From contig CAYHPR010000005.1 of assembly GCA_964358895.1 (NCBI GenBank), positions 1,189 to 50,606 of the forward strand: a stretch of 49,418 nucleotides of DNA, given 5' to 3'. The notes below the pieces were generated by a model that was not told the DNA's origin, searched no databases, and saw nothing but the letters and a program-made list of their open reading frames with translations. Source of the DNA: Candidatus Micrarchaeota archaeon. GTDB taxonomy: Archaea > Micrarchaeota > Micrarchaeia > CABMEP01. How positions within the stretch are numbered: the first letter of the stretch is position 1; each line of letters begins with the position of its first letter. This document shows positions 29,417 to 39,093 of the stretch, piece after piece. The position numbers were made by a program, and so were the translations under genes.

Positions 29417-30442
29417 GTGGGAGTAGATATCGGTTCAATTCTAGTTAAGCATGATATAGAGTTTGAATCTCTTTCAGGCTATAAGATAGCTATTGATGCA
29501 TATAACACAATCTACCAGTTTCTTTCAATTATTCGACAACGTGACGGAACCCCTCTTATGGATAGCAGAGGAAAAATAACAAGTCATCTTTCTGGTCTTC
29601 TTTACCGTACAACTAGAATGATGGAAATGGACATTAAACCAATTTTTGTCTTTGATGGAGAACCTCCAAAGTTCAAAGCTAAAACAATTGCAGCACGTTC
29701 TGCATTGAAAGAAGAGGCAAAAAGAAAAATGCAAGAAGCAAAGGAACGTGGGGAACAGGATCTAAAGACTTATGCTCAAGCAACTGTCAGAATCACTGAC
29801 GAAATAATTAGCGAATCAAAACTCCTTCTAGAATTACTTGGTATTCCAGTTGTCCAAGCCCCTAGTGAGGGAGAGGCACAAGCATCTTACATGGCAAGAG
29901 AGGGACTTGTTTATGCAGTCGGATCTCAAGATTACGACGCAGTTCTTTTTGGAGCTCCGAAACTTGTTAGAAACCTAACCTTGAGTGGCAAACGAAAGCT
30001 TCCTAGCAAAGGAATCTGGATCGACATCGGTCCTGAAATGATCGATCTTAACGAATCACTTGGTGCAATCGGTCTTGATAGAAAAAGGCTGATCTGGACT
30101 GGCATCATGATAGGAACGGATTACAATCCGGGTATCAAAGGGATTGGTCCTAAAAAAGGTCTGGACATTGCTAAAAAAGCCACATCGATTAAAAATTGCT
30201 TTGAGCTTGCTAAAGCATCAGACCAATACGAACATGAAACTGAGGAGATAGAACGATTCTTTATGGAACCGCCTTCAAAAGATCCTTCAATTAAATTCGG
30301 AGAAATACAAAAAGACAAACTTATTGACTTCCTCTGCGGCAAACATGATTTCTCAATCGAACGTGTCGAGTCAGCAATCACAAAAGCAGAAAAAAAACCA
30401 TCCGACACGGGCCAGTCAAAACTCGAAGGATGGTTCGGATAA
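29417..30442 (+). CDS. fen: Flap endonuclease 1
   Basis: MGVDI, 'IDAYN.IYQFL', 'SEGEAQA', 'SQDYD', 'GTDYN.G..GIGPK', PIP-like 'QSKLEGWF'. Confidence 0.97.
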   Translation: MGVDIGSILVKHDIEFESLSGYKIAIDAYNTIYQFLSIIRQRDGTPLMDSRGKITSHLSGLLYRTTRMMEMDIKPIFVFDGEPPKFKAKTIAARSALKEEAKRKMQEAKERGEQDLKTYAQATVRITDEIISESKLLLELLGIPVVQAPSEGEAQASYMAREGLVYAVGSQDYDAVLFGAPKLVRNLTLSGKRKLPSKGIWIDIGPEMIDLNESLGAIGLDRKRLIWTGIMIGTDYNPGIKGIGPKKGLDIAKKATSIKNCFELAKASDQYEHETEEIERFFMEPPSKDPSIKFGEIQKDKLIDFLCGKHDFSIERVESAITKAEKKPSDTGQSKLEGWFG

Positions 30443-30458
30443 TCGATTTATTATCCGT

Positions 30459-32762
30459 TTATCTGCCCGCATAAACTAGATAGAACAGATATCCAATAAT
30501 TATTACAAGTGGAATTGTAATTATATCTTCGTATAACGCAAAATTTCTCCAGACCCAAGATGCAGTCTTGAACCATGGTTGGTTTCTTTTTTCAATAAGA
30601 CCGACAAGCTCCCTGAAGTATTCACGTTCACCTGCAGGCATTTTCGGTTCTTTGATTCTCTTGTATTCTTTCCCTTCTACAGTTTCAACTTCTTCCTGCT
30701 TGCCAATTTCTTTTTTAGCACTTTCATACCAAGGGGGCAGCGAGGATCTTTTTTTTCTAACTGCTTTCAGATAATCCGCCATTCTAATTTCACGATGCTT
30801 TCCTGTTTTCAGTGCTTCTAACCATGGAATTGCAGCGGCATCGTCGCAAATTGCCTTCATATCTGCAGCAGCATAACCATCCGTAGCTCTGGCCAGTCGG
30901 CCCCAACTGACGCCTTTTTCATTAGGCCTGTTTTTGGAATGGTATTGAAATAATGCTTCTCTAGACTTTTGGTCCGGTTCACCAACGTAAATAAGTTTTG
31001 TAAAACGACCAGCTCTTCTTAGTGCTGGATCTACATCCCACGGTGAGTTAGTTGCAGCAACAACAAGAACATTTTCATTTCTTGATTCAACTCCATCCAT
31101 TTCGTATAGCAATTGATTGACAGCCATTCTCATATATTGGCCACTTTCTTTCATCTGCTCTCTTTTTCCACCAAGTCCATCAATTTCATCTATAAATACA
31201 ATGCATGGTGAATTCTTTCGAGCAGCTTCAAACACGTTTCTAATATTTTTTTCTGTATTACCTACATACATATCAAGAACATCACTCAATTTAACATTCA
31301 GAAAATTGGCTCCGCATTCTCCTGCAGCTGCTTTCATGATGAATGTGTTATGGACTATAATCCCACTTCCAACAACAAACGTATGGTTGTGGTCAACTGT
31401 GAGATCATAAACAAAATCATCAATCTCTTCTTTTCTTATTTCAGTTACTTCCTCCCAGATAAGATCCGAGCTGGAGAAGGAATTAGCCGTTTTATAGAGA
31501 AGCAGTTCTTTATTGCTGGTCTCAGTTTGAACAAAATTCTGAAGAGCATTTAATGATTCTACCTGTGAAGGTGAGCCTACTTGGTTTAGTGCTGCAATAT
31601 AAAAGCCAATTTCTAGGTCTTTTGCCTTAATCTTTCTAACTCCATTCTCATTGGTTATGAAAGGATGTTCTGGTGTAACACGTACTTTTCTTTTCGAACG
31701 AGTAATAACTTCATATACTATTCCTTTGTACTTTTGTTGATAAGCAAACAACACCTTCTTTTTTTCCATAAGTAAAGTTTCTTTATTCAAAGACCAGACT
31801 TCGTACCCGGGGTTTTCAACAGCCCATTCTTTGTCACCTATAACTTCATAATAACGAGATTTAGACTTTTCATATAATTCTTTTATTTGTTTAAGTTCAC
31901 CATTAGCCAGGAGAACAGTCGTGTCACCTGTCACACATTTCCCACAACCAGGTGGACCATAAAGAATAACTCCACCACCACCTAACTTTCCATATTTTCT
32001 TGCCAGTTCTGGGTCTTGCAACGGATAAACAATATATTCTCTGATCAGTTCCTTTACTTTTTCCATTCCCACAATATCATTAAAGTTCAGTTTCGGTTTC
32101 TGCATGAACTTAACTGCGGCAACTCCTTCTCCTCCTGCACCAGATTCTTTTTGTGTCTTCTTACCTCTCGCTGCTTCTAGGTGTTCTTTTGCTTCTGCAA
32201 ACTCCGGATTAAGTTCAACTGCTTTTTCATAATCTGTTATCGCATCATCAAACTTTTCCAGATACTCATACGCAAGGCCGCGTGCGTTATACGCTTCGCT
32301 GAAATTGGCATCTAATTCTGTAACTTTTGTGAAATTCTGAACAGCGGTTTCATAATCCTGCACGCATGCATACGCCAACCCTCTATTGTAATGTGCTTTG
32401 AGATAGTCTTTATTCAGGCTTATTGCCTTATCATAATCTGCTATAGCCTTTTCAAATTCCTGTTTTCTGTAATAAGCATCTCCTCTGTTGTTATAGATTA
32501 GTGGATTGTCAGAATCAATATCCACTGCACGAGTGTAATCCTCTATAGCTTTGTCATAATTTTTTTTGTTGTAATAGCATAATGCACGATTGAAATAAGA
32601 TTCCAAAAAATTAGGATTTAGTATGACAGACATATTGTAGCTTTCAATTGCCCTATCGTAGTCTCCTTGCTCATAATATTCGTTCGCTTTTTCGTAGTAT
32701 GCAGTCGCGCTAAGAACGTCTTTTTCGCCTTTCCCTTCTGGAGTTTCTCCTCGATCTGCCAT
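30459..32762 (-). CDS. TPR-repeat AAA+ ATPase with intein and C-terminal TM helix
   Basis: About 5 TPRs; Walker A GPPGCGK|T split by intein; Walker B FIDEID; SRH 'ATNSPWDVDPALRRAGRF'; hydrophobic C-terminus. Confidence 0.9.
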   Translation of the reverse strand: MADRGETPEGKGEKDVLSATAYYEKANEYYEQGDYDRAIESYNMSVILNPNFLESYFNRALCYYNKKNYDKAIEDYTRAVDIDSDNPLIYNNRGDAYYRKQEFEKAIADYDKAISLNKDYLKAHYNRGLAYACVQDYETAVQNFTKVTELDANFSEAYNARGLAYEYLEKFDDAITDYEKAVELNPEFAEAKEHLEAARGKKTQKESGAGGEGVAAVKFMQKPKLNFNDIVGMEKVKELIREYIVYPLQDPELARKYGKLGGGGVILYGPPGCGKCVTGDTTVLLANGELKQIKELYEKSKSRYYEVIGDKEWAVENPGYEVWSLNKETLLMEKKKVLFAYQQKYKGIVYEVITRSKRKVRVTPEHPFITNENGVRKIKAKDLEIGFYIAALNQVGSPSQVESLNALQNFVQTETSNKELLLYKTANSFSSSDLIWEEVTEIRKEEIDDFVYDLTVDHNHTFVVGSGIIVHNTFIMKAAAGECGANFLNVKLSDVLDMYVGNTEKNIRNVFEAARKNSPCIVFIDEIDGLGGKREQMKESGQYMRMAVNQLLYEMDGVESRNENVLVVAATNSPWDVDPALRRAGRFTKLIYVGEPDQKSREALFQYHSKNRPNEKGVSWGRLARATDGYAAADMKAICDDAAAIPWLEALKTGKHREIRMADYLKAVRKKRSSLPPWYESAKKEIGKQEEVETVEGKEYKRIKEPKMPAGEREYFRELVGLIEKRNQPWFKTASWVWRNFALYEDIITIPLVIIIGYLFYLVYAGR
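31347..31937 (-). mobile_element. Mini-intein, 197 aa
   Basis: Begins CVTGDT after GK, block B 'VTPEHPF', 'VYDLTV...HTF', ends 'IVHN' before T; no LAGLIDADG motifs. Confidence 0.95.
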
Positions 32763-32821
32763 AATTGCCTTTCGAAAGATAAGCTTTTAAACATAAATAG
32801 AAAATCAACTTGTGAACGTCA

Positions 32822-33283
32822 GTGGTTAACCAAACAACTGTTTCTCCAGAGGAGTATTCAAGGCTTGTTGATGCAACATACAGCGAGTTTATGGATCTAA
32901 GCGCTAAGGCGGAGGAAGCATTTACGGATGCAGTTATTGCAATCCGTGATAAAAAGCCAATAGACCTGTGCAGGGCTCTTATCCTTAAATCAATTGAAGA
33001 GAGCAGCAAGGCTAGTTGGTTTTACATAAAAAGAAAACATAGTGATTATGAAGCATTCAAACCCCATGATACTGCGACGGAAATTAAATTTGAAGAACTT
33101 GAAAATAGGCTTCAGATCGAACAAGTAAATATAAACAAGGAATATACACAACTTCTACTATTAGCAAAAGATCATGAGTTGTTATCCAAGGTATTTGAGC
33201 AATATGACCGACAGCAGAACAGGCTTTTTGGTCGATACAGAGGGGAGACGAATACGTTGCTATTAAAAACATTAGCAAGATAA
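32822..33283 (+). CDS. Hypothetical protein
   Basis: 153-aa ORF with GTG start. Confidence 0.65.
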   Translation: MVNQTTVSPEEYSRLVDATYSEFMDLSAKAEEAFTDAVIAIRDKKPIDLCRALILKSIEESSKASWFYIKRKHSDYEAFKPHDTATEIKFEELENRLQIEQVNINKEYTQLLLLAKDHELLSKVFEQYDRQQNRLFGRYRGETNTLLLKTLAR

Positions 33284-33292
33284 TTGGTTTGT

Positions 33293-34396
33293 ATGGGTTT
33301 AACTGATTCAATTAAATCGATGTTTATTGGCTTGTTTGTAGCTGTACTTGTTGCAGTAGTAACCTTGTTCATTCTTTCTAACACTGTTAAAAGCACTCTT
33401 CTAAGTCCTGAGTTTTATGAAACGCAGTTTGAAAAAGCAAATATCTATTCAAAGATTCAGGATGCACTCGTAGATCTGTTAGCTTCTTCTTTAACAAGTC
33501 AAACAGGTTCGGCACAGGGCAGCAGTCCTATTCCGGGAACAACTTTAACAGAACAGCAAATAAAGACTGAACTGAGAGCGGCCTTCACGCGAGACTGGGT
33601 TAAGACTGAAATAAATCGTTTAGTAAAGGGATTTTTTGCATATCTGAACGGGCAAACAAATCAGTTTTCACTTTCTGTATCAGTTAAGTCGCGTCTTGTT
33701 ACGGCAGCAACATCCGTATTATCTAAGCAGTATCCTGAGCTACCCTCGACTTTAGTTAAAGAACAGGTTGAAACGGTCCTTCTAAAAGACATACCAGAAC
33801 CTCTGGATCTAGCTAATCTTTTAGGCATGCAGAGTCTTAATTCGCAGCTAACGTCAGCAAGAGACGCTGTCCAAACATTTCGTAGCGTATCTGGATTGTT
33901 TCCAATTATAATCATTCTATTAGTTGTCCTTATTTTCATCCTTATTCGAGACGTAGGCCAAACTGCAAAAACTATCGGCATTCCTCTTTTCTTATCTGCA
34001 ATTCCCTCAGTAATCTTAACTTATCTAGCGCCAACAATTCTCACAAGTCTCATATCTAGCTTATTGCCAGGAATAATTGGCACCCAGGGGGCACAACAAA
34101 CAGATCAGTTAGGCACGTTGGTTTCTGACTTATCTAAATTCTTTGAGCCAGTGGTACAGGATCTCGGCGTCCAATACGTGTATCTGACAATTATCTCAGT
34201 AATCCTTATTGGAATCGGATATCTGTTGCCAATGATGGGCAAAAAGAAAGAAACTAAAGGGAAAAAAGATGATTCTGAAGAGAAAACAGATGAAGAAGAG
34301 GAAGTCGAGGAAGAAGACGAAGAAGAGACTGACGAAGAGGACGAAGAAGTAGAACAAAAAGAAAAGAAAAAGAATGGAAAGAAAAAGAGTAAGTAA
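33293..34396 (+). CDS. Membrane protein with large loop and highly acidic/basic C-terminal tail
   Basis: N-terminal TM, about 3 further TMs, E/D-rich run flanked by Lys-rich stretches. Confidence 0.75.
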   Translation: MGLTDSIKSMFIGLFVAVLVAVVTLFILSNTVKSTLLSPEFYETQFEKANIYSKIQDALVDLLASSLTSQTGSAQGSSPIPGTTLTEQQIKTELRAAFTRDWVKTEINRLVKGFFAYLNGQTNQFSLSVSVKSRLVTAATSVLSKQYPELPSTLVKEQVETVLLKDIPEPLDLANLLGMQSLNSQLTSARDAVQTFRSVSGLFPIIIILLVVLIFILIRDVGQTAKTIGIPLFLSAIPSVILTYLAPTILTSLISSLLPGIIGTQGAQQTDQLGTLVSDLSKFFEPVVQDLGVQYVYLTIISVILIGIGYLLPMMGKKKETKGKKDDSEEKTDEEEEVEEEDEEETDEEDEEVEQKEKKKNGKKKSK

Positions 34397-34481
34397 CTAA
34401 GTAACTTTTATAGCGTTTCAGCTCTTAAAACGTCTTTTCAACATCTTTTTAATTTTTAGTACAGAATATGGATTGAGAGTA

Positions 34482-36332
34482 ATGAAGATACTTACAACGC
34501 ACGCAGACTTTATTGAGTTCCAAGCACTTTCAAAAGCACTAAAGACAGCTGAAGAAGTGTCGATGGATAAAAAAAGAGTAGATGAATGTCTAGTCGTATT
34601 CAGTTCAATTGAAGACGGCGATACTCAGGAAGTTGTAGAACAGGCAAAAGCAGAAATAGTTAAGATTGCGAAACAAGTTAAGGCAGATAAACTTGTCATT
34701 TATCCTTTCGTTCATTTGTCATCAAAGCCAGCTAAACCTGACGTAGCACTTACATTCCTTAAAGAAATGGAAAAAATTGAAGGCTATCAAGTAAGCCGCG
34801 CACCTTTCGGTTGGTACAAATCATTTAATCTAAAAGTTAAGGGACATCCACTATCCGAATTATCAAGGACATTTGATCCATCAATTAAAGGGCCAGAGAA
34901 AGAAGTTATTTCTGATTCGTTAAAGGCTGAAGAAACACTTACAAGTAAACTTTATGTCTTAACACCAGATGGCGAAACAGTTGAAATCGACAAGTTTGAC
35001 TTTACCGGTAAGGATGATCTAAAGAAAATGGTAGAATACGAACTGAAAAAATCTCGTGTCTATCAGCAAGAACCTCCACATATTAAAATAATGAAAGGAC
35101 ATAGGATTGTAGATTATGAACCTGCGTCAGATCCTGGTCACTTTAGATGGCTGCCTGCAGGAGTTGTGATCAAACACACACTAGAGAAGATGATAACTGA
35201 TTGGTGTGTTGGAATGGGTGCCTTACAAGTTGAGACGCCTATTATGTATGATCATGCACATCCTGCTCTTGCATCTTATCTTAATCGATTTCCTGCCAGA
35301 CGATATGTTATAGAAAGTGAGGACAAAAAATTATTTCTAAGATTCAGTGCATGTTTCGGTCAATTTCTCGCACTTCATGATGCAGTTATAACTTATCATC
35401 ATCTTCCACTGCGAATCTATGAATTGACCCATTATAGTTTCAGAAGAGAACAGTCAGGTGAGTTAGCAGGTCTCAAGAGATTACGTGCATTCACAATGCC
35501 GGATATGCATACTCTTTGTGCAAACATAAACACTGCTAAAAAAGAATTCATTGTACAATATGAAAAGTCCCTTGAGTGGAATAAAGTTCTTGAATTAGAA
35601 ACAGAGCTTGCTTTCAGAGCAGAGAGAGCATTTTTTGAAAAAAATAAAGACTGGTATGTGGGTATGATGAAAAAACTTGGTAAACCTGCATTAATAGAAA
35701 TTTTTGATACGCGTTACGCTTATTTCATAACAAAATTTGAATGCAATTTTATAGATAATATGGGCAAAGCATCCACACTGTCTACAGTTCAGATAGATGT
35801 TGAGAATGCTGAGACATACGATATAAACTATGTTGACAAGGATGGAAGTAAAAAGAAACCAATCATACTTCATGCTTCAATCAGCGGAAGTATTGATCGA
35901 GTAGTATACTCATTACTTGAAAATGAGGCCGCAAAAATAGCAAAAAATCAGACGCCGATGTTTCCTTTGTTTCTTAGCCCCATTCAAGTGAGAGTAATTC
36001 CATTTTCTCCATTATCCAAAGATCATATCAAAGCAGCCAAGTCAATTTTGAGAAAGCTACAAAAAGGAAATATTCGGGTGGATGTTGATGATAGAAATGA
36101 AACCATCGGGAAGAGGATAAGAGATGCGGAAACAGAATGGATTCCTTATACTATCGTACTTGGAGATAGAGAAATTAAGGAAGGAAAACTTTCAGTCAGA
36201 GTTAGGGGTAAAAAAGATGTAGAAGTGACGGATATCAAAGCTTTGCTTAAACAGATCAAGTCGAAGATAAAAGATTATCCGACTGAACCACTTACCTTGC
36301 CAATTTACTTAACTGAGAGGCCTTTAATTTAG
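34482..36332 (+). CDS. thrS: Threonyl-tRNA synthetase, archaeal type
   Basis: N-terminal editing domain 'IYPFVHLS', 'RAPFGWYK', 'GHPLSELS'; 'FRREQSGEL.GL.RLRAFTMPDMH'; anticodon domain. Confidence 0.97.
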   Translation: MKILTTHADFIEFQALSKALKTAEEVSMDKKRVDECLVVFSSIEDGDTQEVVEQAKAEIVKIAKQVKADKLVIYPFVHLSSKPAKPDVALTFLKEMEKIEGYQVSRAPFGWYKSFNLKVKGHPLSELSRTFDPSIKGPEKEVISDSLKAEETLTSKLYVLTPDGETVEIDKFDFTGKDDLKKMVEYELKKSRVYQQEPPHIKIMKGHRIVDYEPASDPGHFRWLPAGVVIKHTLEKMITDWCVGMGALQVETPIMYDHAHPALASYLNRFPARRYVIESEDKKLFLRFSACFGQFLALHDAVITYHHLPLRIYELTHYSFRREQSGELAGLKRLRAFTMPDMHTLCANINTAKKEFIVQYEKSLEWNKVLELETELAFRAERAFFEKNKDWYVGMMKKLGKPALIEIFDTRYAYFITKFECNFIDNMGKASTLSTVQIDVENAETYDINYVDKDGSKKKPIILHASISGSIDRVVYSLLENEAAKIAKNQTPMFPLFLSPIQVRVIPFSPLSKDHIKAAKSILRKLQKGNIRVDVDDRNETIGKRIRDAETEWIPYTIVLGDREIKEGKLSVRVRGKKDVEVTDIKALLKQIKSKIKDYPTEPLTLPIYLTERPLI

Positions 36333-36337
36333 TTAAA

Positions 36338-36829
36338 ATGTTGATAGCGATGCACGCAGAAGTATTTTCTATCAAGAAGGAGCAACTGATTGCGAATCAG
36401 ATTTATAAATTCGTCAACGATTATCTCTCAAAAAAAATAAAGCCTGAAAAAACAGAATTTTTTAACACATATTTTAAAGGACATGCTAACGCCTACACTA
36501 GGCCATACAGCAACGGAGCATTGGATCTTATTATATTGGAGGGGATAGGAGTAGGGATCTACACGGGCAGTCCGGATTTCGCCAATAAAAAAATTGTCAT
36601 AGGCGATAAAGGGATCAACATCAACAACAAAACTACTGAAATTTTTGTATTTGCATTGCCAAGTAAGTTCAGATACGAAACTGCATTTCAGATAGCCAAG
36701 GGCACCATTAAGCTTCTCGGTGCACAATTCTGTGACATTGAATGTGCAAGAGATGAGGGTGGCAAGCCGCTTAAAGATCAGGCAGTATTTATTCACATTG
36801 TTCGTGTTAAAGATCTTACGTCGATTTAG
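36338..36829 (+). CDS. Hypothetical protein
   Basis: 163-aa ORF directly after thrS. Confidence 0.7.
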   Translation: MLIAMHAEVFSIKKEQLIANQIYKFVNDYLSKKIKPEKTEFFNTYFKGHANAYTRPYSNGALDLIILEGIGVGIYTGSPDFANKKIVIGDKGININNKTTEIFVFALPSKFRYETAFQIAKGTIKLLGAQFCDIECARDEGGKPLKDQAVFIHIVRVKDLTSI

Positions 36830-36892
36830 GAATAAGTAATAATAAGAAATATACGTGACAATACTCTTTAAAACTGCATTCTAAATTGTGTT

Positions 36893-38626
36893 ATGAAGAA
36901 TGCAGATATTGCGTCTATATTTTATTCAATTGCCGATATTCTTGAAATTCAAAAGGTGCAGTGGAAGCCTATTGCTTATAGGAAGGCGGCTAGGACTATC
37001 GAATCTCTTTCTGAAGACATTGAAGAGATCTACAAAAAAGGCGGACTAAAAGAACTTATGGAGATCCCAGGTGTCGGAGAAGCACTTGCTAAAAAGATTG
37101 AAGAATTCATAAAAACTGGAAAGATAAGCGAATATGAAAAATTAAAGAAAGAGATGCCAGCTGGCTTAGGAGATTTGGTCAGTATTCCTGGCTTAGGTCC
37201 AAAAAAGGCATACAGGCTATTTAAAGAATTGAAAATAAAAGGAATTTCCGATCTTGAAAAAGCTATAAGTGTACACAAGGTTGCAAAGTTGGAAGGATTT
37301 GGTTCAAAGAGTGAAGAAAATATCCTGAAAGCTCTTCAACTTGTTAAAACAGGTAAGGAAAGAACATTGCTCGGTGTGGCGTTTCCAATTTCCGAACTGA
37401 TTGTTAGTAGATTGAAAAAGGTTAAGGGCGTTCAACGAATAGAAACAGCTGGTTCACTGAGAAGAAGGGCAGAAACAGTCGGAGACATAGATATCCTCGT
37501 AACTGCTGAAAAGTCTGAACCGATAATGGACGTATTTGTTAAAATGCCGGAAGTTATCCAGGTTCTTGCAAAAGGTCCGACTAAATCCGCCGTAATTCTA
37601 AAATCCGGCAGCCAAACAATCCAGTGTGACGTAAGAGTCTTAGAAGATAAATCATTTGGTGCAGCTCTTCAATATTTTACAGGAAATAAAGATCATAACA
37701 TCGAAATGCGTAGAATCGCAATCAAGAAGGGCTACAAGCTTAACGAATACGGGGTCTTTGATAAGAAAGGAAAAATGATTGCAGGGAAAAACGAAGAGGA
37801 TGTCTATAAAATTTTGGGAGTTCCTTGGATGCCTCCAGAATTAAGAGAAAATAGAGGAGAGATAGATGCTTCAGTTAAAGGAAAACTGCCTGATCTTGTG
37901 AAGCTATCCGATCTCAAAGGAGATTTACACATGCACACAAAATGGAGCGACGGTGCAAACAGTGTTCAAGAGATGATCAAAGCTGCTGAAAATCTGGGCC
38001 ATGAGTATATCGTATTAACTGACCACTCAAAATCAGAGAGAGTTGCAAATGGGATGACTGAAGACAGGTTGTTGAAATATCTCAAAGAAGTTAGATCAGC
38101 TGCTAAACAAAGTAAAAAGGTGAAAGTATTTGTAGGGTCAGAAGTTGATATTACATCAAATGGTGAACTGGACTACAGCGATGAATATCTCAAACAATTG
38201 GATTTTGTTAATGTTTCAATTCACTCGCGCTTTAAGGCAACAAAAGAAGAGATGACTGATAGGGTTTTGACTGGATTATCTAATCGGTATGTCAAAATTT
38301 TTTGCCATCCAACTGGGCGTTTAATTCATAGACGTGAACCATATGCTATTGATATCGATAAATTATTTGAAGAAGCGGCTCAGAAAAAGATTGCTATCGA
38401 AATAGATTCCATACCTGATCGTATGGATATTAATGATTTATACATAAAGAAGGCTATTGAAGCAGGCGTCAAGTTAGCGATCGATAGCGATGCCCACAGT
38501 ATAGATCAATTGCGCTATATCAAATATGGAGCTGCAATGGCACGCCGTGGTTGGGCTGAAAAGAAGGATATCATTAATACCTATCCTCTCAAAGAGTTTG
38601 CTAAATTTTTCAGCTTCAAAATGTAG
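36893..38626 (+). CDS. polX: DNA polymerase X with PHP domain
   Basis: HhH motifs, 'AGSLRR...GDIDIL', 'YFTG', PHP 'DLHMHT.WSDG', 'TDHS', 'DSDAH'. Confidence 0.96.
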   Translation: MKNADIASIFYSIADILEIQKVQWKPIAYRKAARTIESLSEDIEEIYKKGGLKELMEIPGVGEALAKKIEEFIKTGKISEYEKLKKEMPAGLGDLVSIPGLGPKKAYRLFKELKIKGISDLEKAISVHKVAKLEGFGSKSEENILKALQLVKTGKERTLLGVAFPISELIVSRLKKVKGVQRIETAGSLRRRAETVGDIDILVTAEKSEPIMDVFVKMPEVIQVLAKGPTKSAVILKSGSQTIQCDVRVLEDKSFGAALQYFTGNKDHNIEMRRIAIKKGYKLNEYGVFDKKGKMIAGKNEEDVYKILGVPWMPPELRENRGEIDASVKGKLPDLVKLSDLKGDLHMHTKWSDGANSVQEMIKAAENLGHEYIVLTDHSKSERVANGMTEDRLLKYLKEVRSAAKQSKKVKVFVGSEVDITSNGELDYSDEYLKQLDFVNVSIHSRFKATKEEMTDRVLTGLSNRYVKIFCHPTGRLIHRREPYAIDIDKLFEEAAQKKIAIEIDSIPDRMDINDLYIKKAIEAGVKLAIDSDAHSIDQLRYIKYGAAMARRGWAEKKDIINTYPLKEFAKFFSFKM

Positions 38627-38685
38627 CTTCATTTGACCAAGCTTCGCTAAGTACATAAAACTAGTACAATAAACTATTGTACTTA

Positions 38686-38782
38686 TCTTAAATTTTATAA
38701 GAGCAAAGCTAAGCGTATAAAAGTCAAAATCGCATAACAGATTGTTATGTTTCTCTTAATTTTTATATGAGCAAAGCTAAGC
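38686..38782. repeat. Two 29-bp direct repeats separated by 39 bp
   Basis: TCTTAA(A/T)TTTTATA(A/T)GAGCAAAGCTAAGC at 38686 and 38754, 27/29 identical. Confidence 0.85.
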
Positions 38783-38830
38783 CCTTAGATAGAATCTAAA
38801 ATTAGTTACTATTTTTAACTAGTTTTGATC

Positions 38831-39025
38831 TTAGATTTTGTCTACGTTTTCTGCTTTTTCGCCTTTCTCTCCTTGGACAGCGTCGAAAGAAACTCTATCT
38901 CCTTCGTTAATTGAGACTCCTGGTTTGAGTCCGCTAACGTGGACGAAATAGTCTTTTCCGTCGTCTCCATGGATGAAGCCGAAGTTCTTCATTCTATTGA
39001 AGAATTTTACAGTTCCTTCTACCAT
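38831..39025 (-). CDS. Cold-shock domain protein
   Basis: 'GTVKFFN..KNFGFI', 'DYFVH.S'. Confidence 0.95.
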   Translation of the reverse strand: MVEGTVKFFNRMKNFGFIHGDDGKDYFVHVSGLKPGVSINEGDRVSFDAVQGEKGEKAENVDKI

Positions 39026-39093
39026 GTTGATTTCACCTAAATATTATAAGAAGATTCAGCTTATAAATTAATGCTTTTCTTAGACGCTTTTAA

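Noticed and set aside
38686-38782. Bona fide CRISPR array
   Set aside because: Only two repeats, no typical repeat ends, spacers are themselves hairpins, no cas genes; kept only as an unexplained repeat
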